From NCBI GenBank assembly GCA_043798555.1, contig JAZDOO010000224.1, forward strand, positions 1 to 44,031: a stretch of 44,031 bases of DNA. Direction: 5' to 3'. The DNA is from Pseudomonadota bacterium (GTDB lineage Bacteria; Desulfobacterota; WTBG01; JAGOGO01). Position 1 is the first letter of the stretch. Each line of letters opens with the position of its first letter. A program made the position numbers and the translations under genes. Positions 16,996 through 24,984 of the stretch are shown here, one piece after another. The notes under the pieces are model-generated. The model did no database searches. It was not told where the DNA came from and saw nothing but the letters and a program-made list of their open reading frames with translations.

Positions 16996-18855
16996 TTACC
17001 CCTTCATGATGTTTTCAATATCTCTGGCAGCTGATTCCAGGCCTAATTTTCGCAGTTTTTCCGGTGAAGGGATACCTTCTGCATTCCATTCTCGGGCTTG
17101 ATAATATTCTTGTATCATATCCTGTAGTTTTGAGACCGTCTGTCCTGTGGCGGCTTCGGCTTCAAGGAGAGGTTCCTTTTGTATCCGTTCCGGAAGGGTA
17201 TCGTCTTTGCTTCCGAAGCCTTCCCGAATGTCAAAAGCCCGTTCCAGGTTGTATACTCGGTCAGCAGCATTGAAAAGATACTCCGGATTACCAAATTCTT
17301 TCATGCCTGTAGCTGAGGCTAATAATTTACCCAAAATGTCGGGAGTAATCATCCCCATACCTCCCGGAAACGTACAGACGATGCCAAACTCGCAAACGGT
17401 AACCAAATCTTGGTTCCATCTACAAACATCACCTTTTCCCTCCTCAGAAAAACGTTCCACCGGCCTGGGGAAAGGACTGTTGAAAATCTCCTGGGAAGAA
17501 TAGCCAATGTTATGGTTTGCCCCCACCACCGAGGTGGCATAGTTAAGCCCCTGGTTCTTGGCCGCCCGGGGATCATAGGCCGGCATTTCCAGCCCTTTCA
17601 CTTCCATGGCATATTTATAAGCCTCCCCTCCGATCCTTTCTGCCATTTTTCGGGTTCCCTCAGCCAACAGATCACCAAACCCTTCCCGCCGGGCAATCTT
17701 ATTAATCAGTTTCATCATGGCTTCGTGGTTCCCGTAGGTGAGTTCCAGTCCGTCAGTATCATTGGCAGTGATGATTCCCTTTTCGAATAACTCAAAAGCA
17801 AAACCGATCGTACTGCCAGTACTGATGGTGTCAAGACCGAGGTCATCGCAAAGGGCATCAGCAGCAATAATGGCACCGATTTCGTTATTTTCCACGGGTC
17901 CGCTAAAAGCCCAGATGCTCTCATAATCAGGTCCACCTTCCGCTCCCGCATAGGGTCCTTCGGTAACTTTGAAAACATTCCCGCAGTGTATTAAACAACC
18001 ATAACACGCTTCATTACTGACTTTAAGCTTTTTGAAAGCTTCAGCATTAAACTTTTCAAATCCTTTTATAGTCCCCTTGCGAAAGTTTCGGACGGGGAAT
18101 ATTCCCAGCCCCACCATGTGGTCAACCATACCCGGCGTTCCGGCTTCAGAAAAAAACTCAAATATTTCTCCGGCCTTGATCCCTTCGATCTCCTCCCGGA
18201 TAAGTTTTTTAAACTCCTCCGGATCGGGAATATCTAACGGGCCGATAGCATTCACCGCCACCGCTTTTAAGTTTTTTGACCCCATGACCGTCCCTACCCC
18301 ACCCCGGGCACAAATACGTCTCCCATTTACCACGCCGGAGTAAAGCACACCGTGTTCCGCTGCCGGACCTATACAAGCAGTTCGAGTCTTTTTCCCATGG
18401 AGGGTTTCCAATTTTTCCTGAGTCTTCAGGGTATCTAACCCCCAGAGGTCCTTCGCATCTCTCAGGTCCCCTTTTCCTTTCTCAACATAAAGATATACCG
18501 ACTTTTCTGCCTTGCCCTCACACAAGATAAAATCATACCCGGCAAAGTTAAGCGCTGCCCCGAAATTGGCTCCTCCTACGGAACGGATATAAGCCCCGGT
18601 AAGCGGGCTTTTGGTGATGACCATCCAGCGGGAGCAGGACTGGGCTCCGCTTCCGGCCAGAGGACCGGTGAGAAGGATTAGTTTGTTCTCTGGACCCAAA
18701 GGATCTGCTTTGGGAGCTATTTCATCATAAAGGTACTTAATTCCGAGACCCCGGCCACCAATAAAATTCATAACCACTTCCGAAGGAATCTTTTCCTCTT
18801 TGACACTACCCGAGGTAAGGTTTACTCGTAAGTATTTTCTTATTTTGGGTATCAC
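16996..18855 (-). CDS. aor: Tungsten-type aldehyde:ferredoxin oxidoreductase (AOR family)
   Basis: 619 aa. GTG start with AAGGAG RBS. N-terminal LRVNLTSG...GGRGLG. Pterin and 4Fe-4S region with C-x2-C-x3-C (CYGCLIHCG). Length and layout typical of the AOR family. Confidence 0.9.
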   Translation of the reverse strand: MIPKIRKYLRVNLTSGSVKEEKIPSEVVMNFIGGRGLGIKYLYDEIAPKADPLGPENKLILLTGPLAGSGAQSCSRWMVITKSPLTGAYIRSVGGANFGAALNFAGYDFILCEGKAEKSVYLYVEKGKGDLRDAKDLWGLDTLKTQEKLETLHGKKTRTACIGPAAEHGVLYSGVVNGRRICARGGVGTVMGSKNLKAVAVNAIGPLDIPDPEEFKKLIREEIEGIKAGEIFEFFSEAGTPGMVDHMVGLGIFPVRNFRKGTIKGFEKFNAEAFKKLKVSNEACYGCLIHCGNVFKVTEGPYAGAEGGPDYESIWAFSGPVENNEIGAIIAADALCDDLGLDTISTGSTIGFAFELFEKGIITANDTDGLELTYGNHEAMMKLINKIARREGFGDLLAEGTRKMAERIGGEAYKYAMEVKGLEMPAYDPRAAKNQGLNYATSVVGANHNIGYSSQEIFNSPFPRPVERFSEEGKGDVCRWNQDLVTVCEFGIVCTFPGGMGMITPDILGKLLASATGMKEFGNPEYLFNAADRVYNLERAFDIREGFGSKDDTLPERIQKEPLLEAEAATGQTVSKLQDMIQEYYQAREWNAEGIPSPEKLRKLGLESAARDIENIMKG

Positions 18856-19021
18856 TTTCCGTCACTCCTTTATATCAAAATCCCCTCTCACTCCCCTTTA
18901 CAAAAGGGGAGAACCAATAAATCCCCCTTTTTATGAAGAGGGGGTTTTAATGCTTTCTTGTGACTTTATCAGTTATGGAGGTTAGTAAAAAGGACCTGTT
19001 AGCAACTCCCTCGGGATAGTT

Positions 19022-20644
19022 TTAAAAGGGAGGAATTCCTTTCTCTCGAGCCTTTTTTATCATTTCTGGTTCCGGCCACCACTTCGTTATCCCCAGATCC
19101 TCGCAAATGGCATCCGCGGCCAGATACCCATTGGCCATTAATATCGTTCCACCGGGGTAGGTACAAGCTCCTCCCAAATAGAGACCCTTAATGGGTGAAC
19201 GGTGATTTGAACACTCTTCATTTGGTCTGATATAGCCCATCTGGAAGGGATGGTATGCTCCTTGTTTATAAGAACCTTTCACCATGTCTTTGAATTTGTT
19301 AGCATAACCAATGGGAGTGGAAACGTAAACACTTCTGATAGCATCCTCAGTCATATTGGGAGCATACGACCGCAAAAGTTCAATCAGCTTTTCCGCTTCT
19401 TTGGTATAAAAAGCATAGTTCCACCATTTCTCCGCTCCACCATCAGCCAAATCATAAGGCACATGGGTCTGAAGAATTCCCGTATGTTTTCCGGGATGCC
19501 GGCACTGGGTGGGATCATGGATGGTAGGAATGGTACAGTGAGCAATAGGTTTATCAGGAATCCTCTTCTCTTCTATGGCTTTATAGTGCTCCAGATAATC
19601 ATCTATGGTTTCACATCCTAAGATGGTAATCAGGGCTTGATTTAGTTCGGAATCTTTATATTGAGGCGCCTCTTCCAAAGCCAGGTGCACCCCAAAAAAG
19701 GCCCAGTGCTCCCACATCCACAGCTTGATTCCTTCAACAAACTCTGAAGGCAAATGGTCTTCTCCTACTAAATTCAGGAAGGTTTGATGGAGGTCAATAG
19801 TACTTAATACTGCCTGAGATTCATAAGTTGTCCCGTCCTCCATTTCTACCCCTCTGGCCTCACCATTTATCACCATGATCCGTTTAACATCCTGAGAAGT
19901 AAGCACTACTCCCTTATTTTCCAAAATATTTTTGATAAGCGACTGAGTGAGGGCATGGGAACCAGTCTTACAAATCCGGTAACTACTGGTACGGTTAAAG
20001 TAAAGAGGAATAAGGTACCCTAACCCTGACTGTTCAGGCTCCAATCCCCAAAAACAAATGGCATTGATCATTAAGCCCCGGATATATGGGTCAGAAAACC
20101 ACTCTTCCACCAGATCCCGGGGGGTCTTTTCGGTCAATTCAAACATTTCCTGACCCATTTCAAGGGCCTCCATCTGGGCAGCAATCTCTAAGGTGCCTCG
20201 GGGCTGGACATAGGTGTAAGGTGCTAAGAAATCATCCGTCCACACTTTAAACTTAGCATAAAGGTTTCGATAGGCATCAGCATCCTTCTGGGAAAACTTT
20301 GCAAACGATTGGCAGGTTTTTTCTACGTCATTATAAATACCTACCCATTTTCCATTCTTTAAGGGCATTGCAATCTGGAGCGAAGGGAAAATATGGTGCA
20401 ATGAATACTTTTTCTCTAATTCCAGATCAGTATAGGCCGGTGCGTAATCTACCATCATCATATAAATAGCGTGGGTATTATGGTAATATCCGGCAGTGGT
20501 AACTTCTTCGGTAGCGAGTCCTCCACCCATCTCATATCGTTTTTCTAAGACCAGCACTTTCTGTCCGGCGCGGGCCAGGTAAGCGCCTGCCAACAACCCA
20601 TTGGGACCACCTCCGAGGATGATGGTGTCAAACTTTTTTTCCAT
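19022..20644 (-). CDS. CrtI/phytoene-desaturase-family FAD-dependent oxidoreductase (canonical FAD motifs)
   Basis: Start refined to the ATG at 20644 (GGAGGA RBS). DTIILGGGPNGLLAGAYLARAGQKVLVLEKRYEMGGG gives GxGxxG plus E-x5-GG. Paralogous to the upstream gene (shared FAKFSQKDADAY). Confidence 0.8.
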   Translation of the reverse strand: MEKKFDTIILGGGPNGLLAGAYLARAGQKVLVLEKRYEMGGGLATEEVTTAGYYHNTHAIYMMMVDYAPAYTDLELEKKYSLHHIFPSLQIAMPLKNGKWVGIYNDVEKTCQSFAKFSQKDADAYRNLYAKFKVWTDDFLAPYTYVQPRGTLEIAAQMEALEMGQEMFELTEKTPRDLVEEWFSDPYIRGLMINAICFWGLEPEQSGLGYLIPLYFNRTSSYRICKTGSHALTQSLIKNILENKGVVLTSQDVKRIMVINGEARGVEMEDGTTYESQAVLSTIDLHQTFLNLVGEDHLPSEFVEGIKLWMWEHWAFFGVHLALEEAPQYKDSELNQALITILGCETIDDYLEHYKAIEEKRIPDKPIAHCTIPTIHDPTQCRHPGKHTGILQTHVPYDLADGGAEKWWNYAFYTKEAEKLIELLRSYAPNMTEDAIRSVYVSTPIGYANKFKDMVKGSYKQGAYHPFQMGYIRPNEECSNHRSPIKGLYLGGACTYPGGTILMANGYLAADAICEDLGITKWWPEPEMIKKAREKGIPPF

Positions 20645-20728
20645 TAGTATCCTCCTTTTTCTTAAACGTTCGGTCTCTCTACCTTTCTCAGTAAAAGGAA
20701 ACAAACGTTACCAAGACCTATAAACACC

Positions 20729-22369
20729 TTAATAAGCCCTTCCTTTCTCTTCCCAGGGCTTCCGGAGACCCAAGTCTTCGGCCATTACTTTATAGGCACA
20801 ATATCCCTGCATGGAATTAGCCCCCCCAAAGGGGTGCCAGCCAGCTCCGGTGGCGTAAAGACCCTTGACTGGCGTCCGACCCGAGGCTAGGTTGGGTGTG
20901 GGCCGATTCCTGCCGATCTGGGATAAACAGCCGTCAATAACCACTATGTTACCGGCTTTTCCCCAATTGCGAGCGTGCTTCGAGCTATAATGAGGCGTGA
21001 TGGGTAAGTACCCGATTACGTTATCCCAGGTCATGTTCGGAGCATACTTCTGCCAGTACTTCAGAATCTCGTCTGCATGGCGTTTCTCGTACTCTTTCCA
21101 CTCCTTCTCGGAAAGACACCAAGCTGGTTGCAGATAGGTCTCAGTGAGGACTACATGTTTTCCTGCTGGGGCATATTGAGGGTCAATAATGCAGTGGTCG
21201 CTCACCACCATCCCCAGATGGTCGGGATCTGGAAATAATCCCATTCTTCTTCTCGCATTCTCCTTTATTACTTCGTTAATATCTTTACTTCCCAGGACGC
21301 CCCAACCCATGTACTTGCAGTCCGGATCGAAGACTTCTGCCTTGTATTTAGGGCGTTCGTGTAGTGCCCAGGTGTACCACCCGATAGTTACAAAATCCAT
21401 TTCCAGATTTTTTACCCTCTTTACATCTATCGGGTCAAAATATTCTGGCCCCACCAGTTCAAAGACAAACTGGTAAGGGTCAACCCCAATGAGCACCGCA
21501 TATTTTGCTTCGATTTCAGTGCCGTCTTCCAGACGGATACCCTTTGCTCGTCCATTTTCGATGAGTACTTTTTTTACTGGTTTGCGGGTAAATACCTTAC
21601 CGCCGTACTGGAGAATCACCCTCTGCATGGCGTGGGCAAGTTGATGGTTTCCGCCTTTAACCACCCCAAAATCAATCGAGTAAGGTAACCAGACCGCAGT
21701 ACACAGGAGGCCCTGAGCCCAGCCATCCGGCACAACGCCTTGGGACTGAATTGGCCTCAAAAAGGAGGCTTGTATTTCCGGGCTTTCAAACACATCCCGA
21801 TAAAACTGGATGGGAGACATAGAAAGCCACAGCGGATCAATCCCGGCGTCGGGATTTCGTATCAATCGATCAAAAGCGTCTTCCTTACCGTAGGGAACTG
21901 CAGGATTAAAACACCATTCTAACAGGGCCGGTTCCCAGTACTTTTGAATCTTATCGTACATCCATAACCAGGTGTCAGCATCCTTTTGGCTGAAGCGGGC
22001 AAATAGTTTTGCAGTCTTTTCCTGGTTCGGATCAGTTGTCCTGGAATAGGTGCCAACCCATGTATCATCTTCTAAGATCACTACTGCGGTGTTCACTTTG
22101 TGATCCTGGTAGATAGCTCCATATTCCTTCCATTCCGGAATGTCTTCCCAGAGGGGGCGGTGATAATTTAGCCAGCTATTATGGGCATGCGAACACTGGT
22201 GGGCGACAAATCCGGGCGCAGCCGCTTCCTCCTGGCAAAAGCCCGAAAAAAGCTCATGGCGCTCTTCAAAAAGCCCTACACTCATCCCCCCATATTTGGT
22301 GAGGTACATTGCTGTCACTCCTGCCTTTTGTCCCCCCACAATTACCACATCAAAACTCATGTCAGCCAT
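20729..22369 (-). CDS. CrtI-family paralog with degenerate dinucleotide-binding motifs
   Basis: 546 aa with AAGGAGGG RBS. The N-terminus reads VVIVGGQKAGV...LFEERHELFSGF where GxGxxG and GG are expected. Shares FARFSQKDADTW and overall length with 19022-20644. Confidence 0.75.
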   Translation of the reverse strand: MADMSFDVVIVGGQKAGVTAMYLTKYGGMSVGLFEERHELFSGFCQEEAAAPGFVAHQCSHAHNSWLNYHRPLWEDIPEWKEYGAIYQDHKVNTAVVILEDDTWVGTYSRTTDPNQEKTAKLFARFSQKDADTWLWMYDKIQKYWEPALLEWCFNPAVPYGKEDAFDRLIRNPDAGIDPLWLSMSPIQFYRDVFESPEIQASFLRPIQSQGVVPDGWAQGLLCTAVWLPYSIDFGVVKGGNHQLAHAMQRVILQYGGKVFTRKPVKKVLIENGRAKGIRLEDGTEIEAKYAVLIGVDPYQFVFELVGPEYFDPIDVKRVKNLEMDFVTIGWYTWALHERPKYKAEVFDPDCKYMGWGVLGSKDINEVIKENARRRMGLFPDPDHLGMVVSDHCIIDPQYAPAGKHVVLTETYLQPAWCLSEKEWKEYEKRHADEILKYWQKYAPNMTWDNVIGYLPITPHYSSKHARNWGKAGNIVVIDGCLSQIGRNRPTPNLASGRTPVKGLYATGAGWHPFGGANSMQGYCAYKVMAEDLGLRKPWEEKGRAY

Positions 22370-22444
22370 GATAACATCCCTCCTTTAACTCCAGGGTTCA
22401 GAAGCGTAATCGTTTTTTACACAAGACGGTAAAACTCTGTTCAA

Positions 22445-23206
22445 TTACCAGCAAACTTGGCCACCGTCACACTCCAAGGTCTGGCCAGTGACAAAATCTG
22501 AATCATCCGAAGCCAAAAAAACAAAGGTTCCCATCAGATCATCCGTTTCACAACTCCTCTTAAAGCACTGTAACTGGGCACATCCTTCTTTCATTCCCGG
22601 GTTTTCACCCGCCATGCGAAGGCCAGCTTCACTCATGGTAAATGCCGGAGACACAGCGTTCACATTAATCCCGAATTCTCCCAGTTCATTCGCTAAAACC
22701 CGGGCGATTCCTATCACCGCTCCCTTTGAAGCCGTGTAATGACAGAGCAGTGTAAACCCAGCAAGGAAGGTGCCCGAAGAGAGATTGATTATTTTGCCCT
22801 TTCTCTGAGCCTTCATTTGTGAAACTACCGCTTTCGAGCAGAGCCACACCCCTTTCACGTTCACTGCCATCACCCGGTCCCATTCCTCTACGGTTATTTC
22901 CTCAAAAAGCTTGAGCGGAAGTCCGTAAAAAATAGCAGCATTATTAACCAAAACATCAATTCTACCAAAATGGTCAACTGTCTTTCTGGCCATCTCTACG
23001 GTATCTTTTTCCGAAGACACATCAGTTCTTAAGGCTAAGGCTTCTCCCCCCGCGTCTTTTATTTCCCGGGCTACCTTTTCCGCATTTTCTTTTACAATTT
23101 CTGCAATGACTACCTTTGCCCCTTCCTTAGCATAACGAAGGGCAATGGCCCTGCCAATGCCTCTTCCCCCACCAGTGATAATGGCTACCTTATCTTTTAA
23201 GAGCAT
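22445..23206 (-). CDS. Short-chain dehydrogenase/reductase (classical SDR)
   Basis: Start at the ATG at 23206 (AAGGAGGAAGG RBS). TGGGRGIGRAIA, NNAAI and YTASKGAV (Y-x3-K) all present. Confidence 0.9.
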   Translation of the reverse strand: MLLKDKVAIITGGGRGIGRAIALRYAKEGAKVVIAEIVKENAEKVAREIKDAGGEALALRTDVSSEKDTVEMARKTVDHFGRIDVLVNNAAIFYGLPLKLFEEITVEEWDRVMAVNVKGVWLCSKAVVSQMKAQRKGKIINLSSGTFLAGFTLLCHYTASKGAVIGIARVLANELGEFGINVNAVSPAFTMSEAGLRMAGENPGMKEGCAQLQCFKRSCETDDLMGTFVFLASDDSDFVTGQTLECDGGQVCW

Positions 23207-23267
23207 TACCTTCCTCCTTATCACCTGAAAAACAAATTTATTAATTATTTGTTACAAAAACTCACCA

Positions 23268-24026
23268 TTAATGCACTACCAAAGCACCATCACAGGCGAT
23301 TAATTGGCCAGTAAAGAAGTCTGAATCATCAGAAGCGAGGAAGACCACGGTCCCAGCCACATCCTCTGGCTTCTCATTCCGTTTGATAGCCTGTTGGCTG
23401 ATAATAGACTCTCCAAAGTCAGGGGGGAGATTCTTTATAGACATTCCTTCCACTTCGGGGATATAGCTGACGCTCACCGTATTCACGCAGATGTTCCAAT
23501 CCCCTAATTCTCTTGCCAAACTTCGAGTCATAAGGTACATCGCTCCCCGGGAGGTGACATAGGGCAGGAGAAAGGGTTGGCCCGAAAAAATCTTACTGGT
23601 GGTAAAGTTAATGATCTTGCCTTTTTTTTGACTTTTCATCTGACCCACAACTGCCTTTACACAAAGAAAACTTCCTTTAATATTGAAAGCCATTATTCTA
23701 TCCCATTCTTCTGATCCCCATTTTTCAATGGGCTGAAAAGCTTCCGGAAGCATCACTGCACTGTTAACCAAAATATCAATGCTCCCGTATTTTTCTATAA
23801 CCTTTTTCACCATAGCCTGAGTGCTTTCCTCATTGGTGATGTCAACCTCCAAAGCCATGGCTTCCCCATTACCTCTACTAATAGACTCCTTAACGGTTTC
23901 TGCTCTGGCTCTATTTTGATCAGTGACAACCACTTTTGCACCCTCAGAAGCTATCCGTAAGGCCACTGCCTCTGCTAATTTATTTCCCACTCCAGTAACC
24001 ACTGCCACTTTATCTTTTAATCTCAT
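23268..24026 (-). CDS. SDR-family paralog with non-canonical cofactor and catalytic motifs
   Basis: TGVGNKLAEAVA in place of TGxxxGIG, NSAVM in place of NNAG, YVTSRGAM (Y-x3-R in place of Y-x3-K). AGGAGGGG RBS. Confidence 0.8.
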   Translation of the reverse strand: MRLKDKVAVVTGVGNKLAEAVALRIASEGAKVVVTDQNRARAETVKESISRGNGEAMALEVDITNEESTQAMVKKVIEKYGSIDILVNSAVMLPEAFQPIEKWGSEEWDRIMAFNIKGSFLCVKAVVGQMKSQKKGKIINFTTSKIFSGQPFLLPYVTSRGAMYLMTRSLARELGDWNICVNTVSVSYIPEVEGMSIKNLPPDFGESIISQQAIKRNEKPEDVAGTVVFLASDDSDFFTGQLIACDGALVVH

Positions 24027-24114
24027 TTATTCCCCTCCTGAAAGTTGTTTCGGACAAAAGCGAATAAAAAAGATATACGCCTTTGTCCGAAACCCTTAAC
24101 GAACGACAATAAGG

Positions 24115-24423
24115 CTAAAAATCATCCGATAGCTTTGGATTTTTCAATGTCCTAAAGCCAAAAAGAACAAATTTTATAATTGACGGCTTTAATGCCATTT
24201 TTATCACCTGCAGCAAACCCCTAAAAGTCAAAGCTGCTCTTATCCGCCAGCGCACCGGCGTAGTAGATTGGATATGGAGCACCAGCATATCGTCAACAAC
24301 CATGATATCCGCGGGCTCACCTTGAAGCATCGTTTTGCCTAAGCCCGTTGACCTGAAACGGAGGGGATAGTAATCTGGTTTCCTTCCTTCCTTTTTACCC
24401 TCTCCTTTTTTGACCTCGTCCAT
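24115..24423 (-). CDS. Hypothetical protein (~102 aa)
   Basis: ATG at 24423 is preceded by GGAGGAGG. Lys/Glu-rich N-terminus. No family recognised. The track ORF extends to 24462. Confidence 0.5.
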   Translation of the reverse strand: MDEVKKGEGKKEGRKPDYYPLRFRSTGLGKTMLQGEPADIMVVDDMLVLHIQSTTPVRWRIRAALTFRGLLQVIKMALKPSIIKFVLFGFRTLKNPKLSDDF

Positions 24424-24627
24424 TTTAACCTCCTCCACTTTTCTTTCAATGGGCGTAGACATTGAAGTCCCTTTCTATTCCTTATTTATTCCTTGAGAAT
24501 ATGCTGCAATAGTGACCAATCATTGCTTCAATTGATTCAACTGAAAGTCAGCTTTGTTCGGATAATACGGATTCAAAAAGAGGAATTGATTATCTTTCCC
24601 AAAAACAGGGTTTATTATGAGAGATGA

Positions 24628-24876
24628 TCAAATTTGAGTATAAAAAACAGTAGTGCATTTCGGGCATTTTATTCGCCAGCCTATAAACAGAATTTCTTCG
24701 GTGGTTTTTAGCACGCTGTATTCCAGATCATCTTTATTACCACACTTAGGGCAGTTTATATTTTCGATTTTGACATCCACGGGCGTGCCCTTCTTTTCCA
24801 ATCGTTTCTCAGATTCTTTATGCCCAGTGTCTCTTGACGTGTCCCATTTCTTGACTATTTCGTCCCAATCCGCCAA
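24628..24876 (-). CDS. Small zinc-ribbon protein, possible UbiD-partner (BsdD/VdcD-like) subunit
   Basis: 82 aa. TTG start with GAGGTGA RBS. CPKC-x25-CPKC zinc ribbon. Sits 108 nt downstream of the UbiD gene. Confidence 0.5.
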   Translation of the reverse strand: MADWDEIVKKWDTSRDTGHKESEKRLEKKGTPVDVKIENINCPKCGNKDDLEYSVLKTTEEILFIGWRIKCPKCTTVFYTQI

Positions 24877-24921
24877 GGCTTCACCTCATCTAAGCTTCAG
24901 GTTTCTCAATCAACAATGTAT

Positions 24922-24970
24922 CTATCTTCACCCCGGCAGAAGCAGTCATCTTCCGCCAGGCTGAAGATAG
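24922..24970 (-). promoter_or_regulatory. Intercistronic stem-loop between the UbiD and zinc-ribbon genes
   Basis: CTATCTTCA (24922-24930) pairs with TGAAGATAG (24962-24970). The stem is extended by CC/GG and GGC/GCC pairs. Confidence 0.5.
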
Positions 24971-24984
24971 TTCGAATATTAGAC

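Noticed and set aside
16996-18855. The AOR-family protein as BamB, the tungsten subunit of class II benzoyl-CoA reductase.
   Set aside because: No BamC-I-type partners (FeS, heterodisulfide-reductase-like or NuoEF-like genes) are adjacent, only a MoaD-like gene. The 619-aa length and the context next to SDRs fit a conventional aldehyde oxidoreductase better.
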